Source: Amoeboradix gromovi X-113 (Eukaryota; Fungi; Sanchytriomycota). From it: DNA of 16,986 bases. The notes below the pieces were generated by a model. It did no database searches. It had not been told where the DNA came from and saw nothing but the letters and a program-made list of their open reading frames with translations. The position numbers and the translations under genes were made by a program. The DNA is taken from the NCBI GenBank assembly GCA_018985225.1, contig JADGIF010000150.1:1-16986 (forward strand). The letters are read 5' to 3'. Below, piece after piece: positions 7,492 through 16,958 of this stretch. Numbering within the stretch: position 1 is the stretch's first letter; each line of letters begins with the position of its first letter.

Positions 7492-10117
7492 TTATTCTAC
7501 AGAGGAGGTATAGCATTGTGTTGAGATTGTCACGTTCATGTCGCCCAGCAATTGAAAAACAGCAGGGACGCTTTGGGGTCTTAGTGTCAAAAATTGTTCC
7601 ATATTGATAACACTTGATCCAAGTCTATATTCTTTCTTTTCTGTTCTCTGAGACCTGCCAATTGTTAAAAAGTTGGCTATTTTCTTCTTTTCTTGTGGAT
7701 AAATCCCTAGGACAACAGCAATTGTTACCTTTATGGCGTTTCTTACATCAACCCTTATCTCTCTGTTGTAAGAAACATCGATGTTTCCACTCTTCGTGTA
7801 AATTTTAAATGGAATTTTATCTCCCATATAGGTTATCATGTTTTTAGTTTTTTTGTCTTTCAAAGTTTCCACTTCAACCAGACATTGAACATAAGTTTGT
7901 CCTAAATAAATCAAAGTTACCTTTCATTGCCGGTATCATATTTGGTTGCAGCCCTTGAATTTCAGTTACATAAACAAAGAATATCTTGTTATTGTTAATT
8001 ACTGGCACATTAGAAGTGCCTTGAATTGCCTCAACTTCTGGTGAGCCAATCATTTGTCCTGGTGATACAAAAACATTAGAGGATATGTTGCTATATCGCT
8101 CAGAGTACTTATCACTGTATGATTCATTTCTGGTACCGCAACTAGCCATTGATTGCCTGGAAAAAGGGCGACTTACCGCTTCCGAAATGCTAACTTCTGA
8201 GCCATATAGCGACTTTTCAGATTTGTTTGCAGTACTACTTATGCTACCGCCTTTTTCTAAAGGCTGAATGTAATCAGCTTCTTTTGGTACCGCCATAGAG
8301 AATGATTTCAAGCTGTTGAATGTCTTGTTCAAGTCAGACTCTAGGGACCACTCCATTTTAGGTACAGAAAGTGTCAAGTCTTCAATTGGCATCAATATTG
8401 GCACTTTTTCATTGTTTTCTGTAATACTTCTCAGCTTTTCAATCACGGTTTGTGCATCTTTGGATTCTACGGATTCGAAAATTGAACGATCCGATGATTT
8501 GGTATCCACTGTATCTTTTCTTTCAGTGTCTTTCTTTTCAGTTGGGTAAAAAGCGTCTTTAAAGACGCTTGTTATTGCTCCTCTGGATTTCTTCTTGAAG
8601 TTAATGTGTGAAATGTCAAAGTAACCATCGGATTCTTTTACACTATTGGTTTCAACGGTATCTGTTGATTCGCTAGTTGTCCTTTGATCAGATTTACTGT
8701 GAACCTCTGGTGATTTTTCCTCTGTATTAGACTCTTGTGGTGAAAATTTTGACGTTCCTTTTGAGTCAATTTTATTAGATCTGATTGAGTTAACGATTTC
8801 TACAATTTTAATCGATTCTTCTTCGACGCTCTTCATATCCACTACATCCAAAACTTGCTCTAGTGTGCTATTTTTTCCAGCGTCATTTCGATAAATTGGC
8901 TCATTAGTTCCCGGAGAATTGTGGTGAGTAGCAAGAGGCACTTCTTTTTTCATCATAACAAACGGTTTTGGAATATATTCGTTCTTTGAGTTGTTGATTT
9001 TAGCTATCATTGACAAAACTCCTTTATCTTCTTTTGCAACATTTTGTCGAACATTTGCTGAAATGCCTTCCTTCAACTTTGGTACTAGCTCTTGCTTTTT
9101 TGATGCAGAGATTGTTGCCGATTTAATTTTTGGTAGTTCTGGAGTTTTTTCGAAAGCTTCTTGCTCATGAATTTGGTCCTTCGAAGATAAGTGCTCAGTG
9201 CTTTTTAAGTTTGACTTAATGCCATTGCTCAATTCGAATCTAGAAGCAGGTTCTTTGTATTTGGTGAGCGGTGTCCCAGTAACACTATTAGGGTTATTAG
9301 ACATCTCTACAACAAAACCACTGGAAGGTTCTGTCTTGACTGCTAAATCAATCATTTCGGATATTTTATTATCTACTTCAATTTGTAGTCTCTGAAAGCT
9401 TTTCGAATAGCCAACTATAGATAACGTGCTTGGGTCTTTTTTCAAGAAAGGATTATTTCTGACGCTTCCCGCTTCCAGCATCTTTTCCTGAGATGATTTC
9501 CTGACGTATCTTTTGTATACCTCTGGTTTTATTGTTTTTTGCTCTTCGTCACTTTTGATGCTGGCAAGAGAAGCTTTTGAATCCATTTTAAAATTTTTCG
9601 TTGACTGTTTAGAAGTTGCAGTTGAATCTCTAGATGAAATGGACTTGCCTCTTTTATGTGGACTTTTTTGATATTTTTTTAAAATCGACAGAGTGTCTGC
9701 ATTCGATGCAAGATCTACGGCTCTTAGTCCCATATGGTTCTCTGCATTTATGGCAGCTCCCTTCCTCAGCATGAGTTCTAGTATCTCAAGCTCTCCAAGA
9801 AAGGCGGCTACGTGAACCGGAGTATTTCCATTATCACTTCTTGCCTGTAATAAATCCTTTGAAACCCTCTCGATCAATAGCTTGAGTATTTCTCTTCTAT
9901 TTTCATTAATTTCCTGCGCTTCATGAGTGTCCAAATTCAATAGCGCGTAATGAATTACACTTAACTTTTCAGTCTGAGTACCTAGTAGCTTTGCAGCTGC
10001 GTCTCCAACCTCGATTTCGTAATCTAATGTAAAATTATGACCTATAAAATCAGTCTTTTCCATCATACTAATAGCATATTCTAAATTACCCTCATCAAAT
10101 TGAGATATAAATTCCAT
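7492..10117 (-). CDS. Ankyrin-repeat protein with a long low-complexity middle and a beta-rich (C2/Bud4-anillin-like?) C-terminus. Two exons, 10117-7921 and 7901-7492, 868 aa.
   Basis: Ankyrin motifs SVIHYA, NGNTPVHVAAFLGELEILELMLRKGAAINAEN, GLRAVDLA. The two track ORFs join in frame (AMKG|QTYVQCLVEV) after removing a 19-nt GT-AG segment; 2197+410 = 2607 nt = 869 codons. Confidence 0.85.
7902..7920 (-). other. 19-nt spliceosomal intron GTAACTTTGATTTATTTAG
   Basis: AAG|GTAACT donor, U-rich body, TTTAG acceptor. Removal restores the frame between two overlapping ORFs. Confidence 0.85.
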
Positions 10118-10123
10118 AGTGGC

Positions 10124-10130
10124 TTGAAAA
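10124..10130 (-). promoter_or_regulatory. TTTTCAA initiator-like motif just upstream of ATG (representative copy)
   Basis: Similar TTTCA(A) motifs lie upstream of ATGs at 561-566(-), 583-588(+), 6658-6663(-), 11326-11332(-) and 16251-16257(+). Confidence 0.4.
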
Positions 10131-10149
10131 CGACCTAAAAATATAAAAT

Positions 10150-11322
10150 TTATTTAAAAAGTTCCACAAGATCGCTCTTTTGGCTGCTCATTCTTTTCAA
10201 TTGCAGGTCACCACTATCAAGCTCCTTTTTTATTTCTTCTAGTGTGTTTTTTGTGGAAGGTCGCTCGGGCTGTTTATCAATCTCTTTTGCTAATTTTGTT
10301 GGTATCCCGAGTATTAGGTATATTTTTCTCAGCTCTTTTAACACATTAGGTTTATCAAATCTGCAATCTCGTTCAATGTTTGACAAGCTCAGTCTGACAT
10401 TTTGCAGAGCTTCAAAATCTAAACCATGGACTGTTTGTACAGACTTACTTTGTAAACTATCTAAATATGCATCGCCAGTTTTCAAGAACTCATCTTGCGT
10501 TTCTTTTGCCAAGTTTATAATCGACTCCACATCTGTCAAATGGGGTCTCATCAATATCACCATACCACCATTAATATCACTAAGTAAAATCTCTTCTCTC
10601 AGATGCTGTATTATTGCTGCGAAAACAAATTTTGGAAGCCATAAGAAAAAGTTTTTGTCTATTTTATCCAAGTTGTACAAAAAGTGGTCCCATAAAATTA
10701 GGGAATTGCTAAAATCGAACTCATGTATAAACAGAGTTCTTATCCACCTTATTCCAAACACATGAGGCTCTAATCCTATCTCTTTTAACCTTTCCCAAAT
10801 TCTTCTGTCAAATCGTTGTAATATGTGATCAACCACAAATCTACATTCGTGTTGTATTCTAACCTCGTTCGTTTGCATGTCCAAGTTCCGTGGTATGTAT
10901 TGAAATTCTAAAGTCGAATGAATGCTTTCGACCTTGTCGAAATACCAATACTTCACCAAGCTATTTATCTTAACAAAAATAACAAACGCTATGTACATGT
11001 CGTTTTGGGTAGATGCGTTTATAGCGTACATAATAAATCCCACCAAATCATGAAATCCCTGTCTATATTCAATGTTCATCATTTTACAATATACTAACAG
11101 TATTTGAGATACTCTTATTTTAATCTGCGCTGTAAAATATGGTTCTTTCGGGAACAGCCTTGCAACATCATTCTCTATCATACTAATCAATTCTGGTTTT
11201 CTATCTTGTTGCAACGGATGTGTGTTAATCGGCTCTGCATACAATGAGAATAAATTCTTTGCCTCCAAAATATGTATTTCGGTCAAGTTTAAGAGGCTAA
11301 GCCACAAATCTTTACGATTCAT
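10150..11322 (-). CDS. TBC-domain Rab GTPase-activating protein, TBC1D5/Gyp6-like
   Basis: IENDVARLFP (IxxDxxR arginine finger), YRQGFHDL (YxQ finger), FGIRWIRTLFIHEF, LILWD. Confidence 0.9.
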   Translation of the reverse strand: MNRKDLWLSLLNLTEIHILEAKNLFSLYAEPINTHPLQQDRKPELISMIENDVARLFPKEPYFTAQIKIRVSQILLVYCKMMNIEYRQGFHDLVGFIMYAINASTQNDMYIAFVIFVKINSLVKYWYFDKVESIHSTLEFQYIPRNLDMQTNEVRIQHECRFVVDHILQRFDRRIWERLKEIGLEPHVFGIRWIRTLFIHEFDFSNSLILWDHFLYNLDKIDKNFFLWLPKFVFAAIIQHLREEILLSDINGGMVILMRPHLTDVESIINLAKETQDEFLKTGDAYLDSLQSKSVQTVHGLDFEALQNVRLSLSNIERDCRFDKPNVLKELRKIYLILGIPTKLAKEIDKQPERPSTKNTLEEIKKELDSGDLQLKRMSSQKSDLVELFK

Positions 11323-11363
11323 GTTTTGAAAATTAAATATTAAAATCTATTTATTTCGATGAT

Positions 11364-14300
11364 CTATTCGTCATGCAGGAAACTTGTGGTAATAAACAAG
11401 GATTTTCCTAATCTTGTCTTTTCCGGTGTTCTTTCTGCTTCTACACTGGATAAAAATTTTGAAATCTTTGTGATTGTTGCTTCACTTACTACTTCATTCA
11501 CCACATGTATGAATTCTAGTTTGTGCAATGACAAGTCATACTGATATTTAGTCATCAAGGTACGCTCACCTGTAATTGATTTAAAATAAAATATAATTTT
11601 TTGTTGCGTAGTTTGAATTGGAATCTCTTTTCCTTTTATAGGATCTAATACAAACTCAAACAGTACATCACTCTTTATCTTGTTCTTTAACTTAGCACTA
11701 GTAAGCATTAGCTGTATCATTTGCAAGCTAACCATCGGTACTATAGACATCATTTTAACTATGCTGATCAAAGTTTCCTTTTGATGGGTCGCCCTATTTA
11801 AAAAGGTGCATAAAAGCTCTTGCCCTCGTTTTAACAGCTCTATCACCTTGTTGTTATCCTGTTGATTAGTTTGCATCAATTTCACTCTCCAACCCTTTTT
11901 ATCAAACTCAGCAGCTATAATAAAATGATCCAATATAAGTTCTCTCTGCTTTGAATTCACTTGCTTTATGGACATCAGTTGTCCGCTTGCCACTTGCAAA
12001 TCAAAGTCTATCCATTTTATCATTTCTTCACTTAGTAAAAGTATCTTAAAGTGTTGCAGGATAAATACAACAGTAAATATAGGTCCTATGAACTGCTGGA
12101 TGCCCTGAATGTATATGCAGTATGGTCTGCTGTTGTACAATAGCTCAGGGTGCTGCTTAAAGAACAAATTTAGGCCATTCGCTTTGTTACTGGACTCTAT
12201 GCTGTTTCTTAATCCATCTATAAACTGCGTCTTAAAGCTGCACTTGTGTAGAAAGGTGAAAAACAATGTAAATAGAGCATTCTCACTTCTGTGTCCCTCT
12301 AAATTATACAGCATCTGTAATGGCGCCATAATCCTTCCATTACTTGATTCTGTATCAAATGACTCATCAATACTTGGTTCGCATTCATTTAACTCTACTT
12401 CGTTCTCCTTGTAGCTTCTCAGCAGGTCGGCTATTGAGTGAGGTCTATCGTTTGTTATTATGGGTGCACAATAATGTTTCATAACTCTTGGTAACTCTGG
12501 CTCTATTTTCGTTTTCCTCAAATGCTTAACGATGAAATCGTTGGTTCCCAATACAAATTCAAAATCAACAGTTATAAAGTTGCATTTAAGTCTCCATTTT
12601 GTTAAAGATGTACAAATAACTGTGCAATTGTCCCACTCATTTATCAGCTTGAGGAACACAAAAGTGCATGTTATGAGCAGCAGCAGTACATCCAAGTTCT
12701 TATAACATACTAAATAGTCAGTGCAATACTCAATAAACGTGGAAGTGTCCCATTTTAAACAATGATTAAATTCTATAACATAATTTAGAGCCTGTTTGTA
12801 CTGAACACTAATTAACAGCGCACAGTCTGAATGGATTTTATAAGATATGCATGGATTGACGTCCATTATAACATCTGCATCCATACTGATTGTGTTTAGT
12901 TCACGAAAACAAATCACCCATTTCACTATTTCTTGGATGTTGCACCTCAATAAATGCTCATTATTGTTTACATAAATCCGGTAGTGCAGACCATGCAGAA
13001 CCTCTATAATAGGCTCTATCTCTAGTTCCCCCACATCAAGACAGTATTTATTGCTATTACTAACCAATGGAGTGATTATGCGGCACTCCACCCGGTAATA
13101 CAACAATCTATCATGTATATCATTTAAAATAGCATCAACAATGGCATACTTAACGTTAAATGATTTAAACTTGTAAAAATGGATTAATTGGCCATGTAGA
13201 CATTTAAGGATAAAAATGGTTTTGTTAGGTACATTTATTAGTAGAAGTGTAGAGGTGCTGATAGAATACAAAACCGAATCGCTATTAACAAGATGCAACA
13301 GACTATTAAATAGATATCCATGGAATTGGAGTTTATTAAATGATTTAACTGGGAATGTGGATAGAAAAGAGAGGGACGAAATATCACTGCGAGATTCGGG
13401 TATAATAAATCCACTAGTGGACATGGATTCGCCAAGAATGCTTGAAGTTTGTTGGTTGATGGAAATAGCCAAGTCATCGAAGATATTAAATAAATTTGGT
13501 AAGGACTTTTGTATGCTAAACCAAGGTACAATCGCATCGTTATACTGATATTCTGTGTCACTTAGAGATGTAAAAGTAATCTTTGAATGATTCAAAAGCC
13601 ATGATATAAATATGTTTTGATGGCTGTTAGATATAGGATTTAAACAGCTAACTTCGATAACAAGTATAGGGGAAGATCTGCTGAATTCGTAGAATTCGTC
13701 ATTAGCCTTAGACTTCCTTCTTCTTCTCTTGTTGCTGCTTAAATCGTCAGATTCGACGGGGCGTAATTGCAGCTTCTCGGCAAGCCAAATAGGGATTGAT
13801 TTCAACTGAGAAACAGTATCAAATGATACATCTATTTGGATGTTAAAATTGTCCAGAACAACTTTGGAATCGGGAAACAACTTAATTAAAAATTGATGGC
13901 TGCTAGTCTTAATTAATTTATGCTGATGCTTGCGAGTCCATTTGAGAGAGTCATTAAACAAGCTGTTGAACTTGCGTTGAATACTCTGCTTATATAGATA
14001 TCTATCGAAATTGACAAGAATCATGGGTATTGGACAAGGTGGTAATTGAAATAATTCAGATTGTAATTGATCAATATCAATAGAATTATTGTCTAAAAAG
14101 TCCGTTTCCACCAGCTTCCAGTAGCCAAGTGTCGTATCGAATTTAAATAGTGCGTTGTAGAACGATTTGCGAGAGAAATGAAATAGATCGGGGAATTTTG
14201 GCTCACACTTAACATGGTGATCAATCTGGATATAATATTCACAAAGTAGCTTTAAATGAGAATAAAGCTCTATATCTTTGTATTCCTGGATCTGTTCGTC

Positions 14301-14666
14301 ATGTTTAATTGGCCAATGAAGGGGTAAAATTGGAGTATTATTCATTTCCTGAACAGCAAATATATCTATATAATCTGGAATAGTCTTCAGCATGAAGTAC
14401 TGTTGGTTTAGAACCCAAGCCATGTATGCATTATCTCCTAGGATTATATTCTTGAATTTTTTATAAGTTCTCAAGATTATCAAATACTTGGATATCAATT
14501 CAAAATGGTGAATAAGAATTCCGTGAAGATCCTGCTGACTTATGTCCTTGTTGTTCATGTCAGCTATCTGTTTGTACAAATACGAAAAGCCATTACATAG
14601 TTGCTTGAATGGGATGTCCATAAATTTGTGGCACAAAATAACCCCATTAGGAACATGACTACGCAA
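11364..14666 (-). CDS. MED14: ~1100-aa protein, probable Mediator subunit Med14/Rgr1. Start uncertain (TTG 14666, ATG 14621 or ATG 14690).
   Basis: N-terminal pattern HVPNGVI...LCNGFSYLYKQIAD, LISKYLIILR, WVLNQQYF...D, WKLVETDFL, ILVNFDRYLYKQSIQ...W follows the order of the fungal Med14 N-terminal domain as recalled. The length is similar to yeast Rgr1. Very divergent. Confidence 0.55.
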   Translation of the reverse strand: MRSHVPNGVILCHKFMDIPFKQLCNGFSYLYKQIADMNNKDISQQDLHGILIHHFELISKYLIILRTYKKFKNIILGDNAYMAWVLNQQYFMLKTIPDYIDIFAVQEMNNTPILPLHWPIKHDEQIQEYKDIELYSHLKLLCEYYIQIDHHVKCEPKFPDLFHFSRKSFYNALFKFDTTLGYWKLVETDFLDNNSIDIDQLQSELFQLPPCPIPMILVNFDRYLYKQSIQRKFNSLFNDSLKWTRKHQHKLIKTSSHQFLIKLFPDSKVVLDNFNIQIDVSFDTVSQLKSIPIWLAEKLQLRPVESDDLSSNKRRRRKSKANDEFYEFSRSSPILVIEVSCLNPISNSHQNIFISWLLNHSKITFTSLSDTEYQYNDAIVPWFSIQKSLPNLFNIFDDLAISINQQTSSILGESMSTSGFIIPESRSDISSLSFLSTFPVKSFNKLQFHGYLFNSLLHLVNSDSVLYSISTSTLLLINVPNKTIFILKCLHGQLIHFYKFKSFNVKYAIVDAILNDIHDRLLYYRVECRIITPLVSNSNKYCLDVGELEIEPIIEVLHGLHYRIYVNNNEHLLRCNIQEIVKWVICFRELNTISMDADVIMDVNPCISYKIHSDCALLISVQYKQALNYVIEFNHCLKWDTSTFIEYCTDYLVCYKNLDVLLLLITCTFVFLKLINEWDNCTVICTSLTKWRLKCNFITVDFEFVLGTNDFIVKHLRKTKIEPELPRVMKHYCAPIITNDRPHSIADLLRSYKENEVELNECEPSIDESFDTESSNGRIMAPLQMLYNLEGHRSENALFTLFFTFLHKCSFKTQFIDGLRNSIESSNKANGLNLFFKQHPELLYNSRPYCIYIQGIQQFIGPIFTVVFILQHFKILLLSEEMIKWIDFDLQVASGQLMSIKQVNSKQRELILDHFIIAAEFDKKGWRVKLMQTNQQDNNKVIELLKRGQELLCTFLNRATHQKETLISIVKMMSIVPMVSLQMIQLMLTSAKLKNKIKSDVLFEFVLDPIKGKEIPIQTTQQKIIFYFKSITGERTLMTKYQYDLSLHKLEFIHVVNEVVSEATITKISKFLSSVEAERTPEKTRLGKSLFITTSFLHDE

Positions 14667-14791
14667 TGATCACCAATTTAGCAAGTGCATATTAGCATTC
14701 AAGGCGGCAAGTGCCGATTGTTCAGGTCTTTAAAACTGTTTTTAGAATGTAGATTATAAAATTAGGATTTCTATCTCAATATATTTATTTA

Positions 14792-16222
14792 TCATAAAAT
14801 TTTCTTCTTCTTCTTCGAATGCCCGTTTAGGTGTGAATTCAATGCATTCTTCCTAGAGAATGATTTAGTACATCCATGTTCATTGCAATAATAACGCTTT
14901 TTCTCATGGGTTCCTTGTTCGTGCTTCTTTAATGCTGACATATCCGCAAATCTAACAGTGCAGTATCCACATGTATATGGCTTCTCTCCGGTGTGCGTTC
15001 TTATATGTACAGTCAGCGCAGACTTTTGTGAGAATCTCTTACTACAAATCTCACATTGAAATGGTCTAATACCATTATGAATCTTCATGTGTCTAGTATA
15101 ATCGCTCTTTCTCGAAAAGGATTTGGTACAGGTAGAGCACTTGTGTTCCCGAATCCTTAATGGCTTAACTTCTATCCTCAATGAACTATCTGGAATTTCA
15201 GCCGCATCAGGCTTACATGATAATGCAGAGTGAAGTGAAGTAGTGTCATATGACTCATTATCTGTATTGTCTGAATGAGAAGGGTAAACAGGTGAGTTCT
15301 GAGGGGGACTTCTCTGTTGTGCCTGGTTCACAATAGGTTGTTCAAAAGGTGCTTCAAAAGGCCGCTCAAAGGCCTGCTCAAACGGAGACCCAGTAATCAC
15401 TTGTTGAGGATATACATCAGCAGTTATGTCTTTTATTTGAGTTGATATCTCTTGAATAATAGGCTGTTCAAACAAGGGATCATTTATCATAGATTTGTTC
15501 TGTTCGAACTGAGATTTAGGAGGCGCAAATGCAGGAGTAGTCTGTATAGATACGGGTGGCGTATATTGTTGTACAAACTGAATATCGTGTTGCATAACAA
15601 ATAGCGGATCCGGAATAACCAGATTTGTATCAACAGGAACTTGATATTGCTGCTCTATTTGAACAGGTACCTGAAAATGTTGCTGTTGCTCAACGGGAAC
15701 CTGCTGATTCATCGCCACCTGAAATTGTGGATTATCCATAGGAATATGCCGATTGCTTGAATTTATCTGACTATATGCCATTTGCTGTTGATTAATAACC
15801 ATGTTAGACTGAAACTGCTGCGTTTCGATCATTTGCATTTGAGGCTGAATTACTTGCTGAACTAAACAAGGCTGAGTATTTAATATCTGGGTGAAAGAAA
15901 GAGGAATAGACTGCGAGTCGCATAGAGGCATCGAGTTAATCAATTCTTTGTTTGCTTGCGGAATTTGAATAACATTCTGCAGAACTTGTTGCGGTTGAGA
16001 GAACTGAGAAATGTTCAAAGACTGAGCTGCGTCACTGTTAAAAGCTACATTATTTATATCATTAGATTGAGTTTGAAATCCTGGGTTTTGGATCTCTACT
16101 GGATTAATTATGTTCGGAGGAATAGATGTTTGTAAATGGTCATAGGATTGTGGATAGTTTTGCGCATCAACTAGCTGTGAATCTATGTTTTCTATTGGTT
16201 TGGGATCGGGATTAGCTTCCAT
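14792..16222 (-). CDS. C2H2 zinc-finger transcription factor: four Kruppel-type fingers, Q/P-rich N-terminal region, basic NLS-like tail
   Basis: CSTC..F..RKSDYTRH...H, CEIC..FSQKSALTVHIRTH-TGEKPY, CGYC...H....H, CNEHGC...H...H; KKKKK at the C-terminus. Confidence 0.95.
   Translation of the reverse strand: MEANPDPKPIENIDSQLVDAQNYPQSYDHLQTSIPPNIINPVEIQNPGFQTQSNDINNVAFNSDAAQSLNISQFSQPQQVLQNVIQIPQANKELINSMPLCDSQSIPLSFTQILNTQPCLVQQVIQPQMQMIETQQFQSNMVINQQQMAYSQINSSNRHIPMDNPQFQVAMNQQVPVEQQQHFQVPVQIEQQYQVPVDTNLVIPDPLFVMQHDIQFVQQYTPPVSIQTTPAFAPPKSQFEQNKSMINDPLFEQPIIQEISTQIKDITADVYPQQVITGSPFEQAFERPFEAPFEQPIVNQAQQRSPPQNSPVYPSHSDNTDNESYDTTSLHSALSCKPDAAEIPDSSLRIEVKPLRIREHKCSTCTKSFSRKSDYTRHMKIHNGIRPFQCEICSKRFSQKSALTVHIRTHTGEKPYTCGYCTVRFADMSALKKHEQGTHEKKRYYCNEHGCTKSFSRKNALNSHLNGHSKKKKKIL
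15338..15385 (-). repeat. Four degenerate 12-nt coding tandem repeats (FEQA-FERP-FEAP-FEQP)
   Basis: The + strand shows TCAAA(A/G/C)G recurring every 12 nt. Confidence 0.7.
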
Positions 16223-16298
16223 GGATATGCGATGAACCTAACTCTCCTAGTTTTCAAAAAATCCCAAGGAAACCAATCGAATCCAATCTCCTACTGCC

Positions 16299-16580
16299 AT
16301 GGAACAATCGGATGAAATAAAAAGCAGATTTGACATGAATCTGCCATGTGTGGATAATGAATTGTCAGACAAATTGCTGCTCATAATGCACTCACGCTAC
16401 CCTCGAGAGAACATTAAGGAGTTAATAAAGTACATTGAAAAAGATGGCATGAAATGTAGTGATTTGCAACAAGTCATGGGATGTCTAACTCTGAAGGTTA
16501 CTGGAAAGCTAAACATAGAAGTGCTTAGCAAAATACGAGGAATTGATTTTATAACAAATTGTGAAGAACTAGAAGAATAA
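16299..16580 (+). CDS. 93-aa protein, possible stand-alone peptidase inhibitor I9 (Pbi2/POIA-like)
   Basis: gccATGg start, AATAAA at the stop. The pattern KLLLIMHSRYP..IKELIKYIEKDG....VMGCLTLKV..LNIEVL parallels yeast Pbi2 FIVTLKKNTP..AKKFLDSVHHAG....IIKGYTIKV..LHLNKL. Confidence 0.55.
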   Translation: MEQSDEIKSRFDMNLPCVDNELSDKLLLIMHSRYPRENIKELIKYIEKDGMKCSDLQQVMGCLTLKVTGKLNIEVLSKIRGIDFITNCEELEE

Positions 16581-16664
16581 TAAATTCCGCAGCTATCGCT
16601 TTTAATGATTAAACCATTTATCATGATGGTATAGACCATATAATCTCAATCTCTTTCCCGACCT

Positions 16665-16958
16665 CTAAAACTGCACCAAAGTTCGATAATCTCTCTTTTT
16701 ATCAATCGCAAGTGACACTTTAGCCAGAATGTTAAATCTAAAGAAAATAAAAATAGATACTGCACAAATTTTTCTTCAAGACTCTTCCAATGGCTGTCAG
16801 TGCCGTTAAGGTGATTTCTCTAAACCTCAAATGCTAACCAATTTATCGAGTACCGTAAACCCAAATGTGAATTTCTTAAATAAATCATAGTTCTCTTCAA
16901 TTTTATTGGCGTATTTTATAAAACATTTAGTAATACGAGTAAGACCATTTAAAAGATT
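16665..16958 (-). other. Possible 3' exons of a gene or pseudogene interrupted by 19- and 23-nt introns
   Basis: GT-AG segments at 16820-16838 and 16738-16760 join three reading frames into one. No homology recognised. Confidence 0.3.

Noticed and set aside
494-14690. Genetic-code change (TGA = Trp), suggested by in-frame TGAs upstream of two genes
   Set aside because: The long ORFs contain many Trp residues but no internal TGA, and TGA ends Kin28, the SZT2-like gene and the zinc-finger gene.
14610-14735. Variant U1 snRNA on the minus strand (AAAGACCUG, AUGCACUU, AUUUUGUG)
   Set aside because: There is no ACUUACCUG and no loop-I GAUCAC in position, and the 3' part appears to be Med14 coding sequence.
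618-16222. Functional cluster of Pol II machinery (Kin28, TAF4, Med14, C2H2 factor)
   Set aside because: These genes are interspersed with unrelated ones, and such proximity is plausible by chance in a reduced genome enriched for core genes.
692-16639. Short track ORFs (692-943, 1328-1552, 2187-2414, 2497-2700, 3141-3344, 3660-4034, 4059-4274, 6609-6836, 7614-7808, 8085-8549, 9198-9395, 10244-10765, 11359-11544, 12109-12414, 13216-13561, 16397-16639)
   Set aside because: They are antisense or alternate-frame shadows of well-supported genes, with no recognisable motifs.
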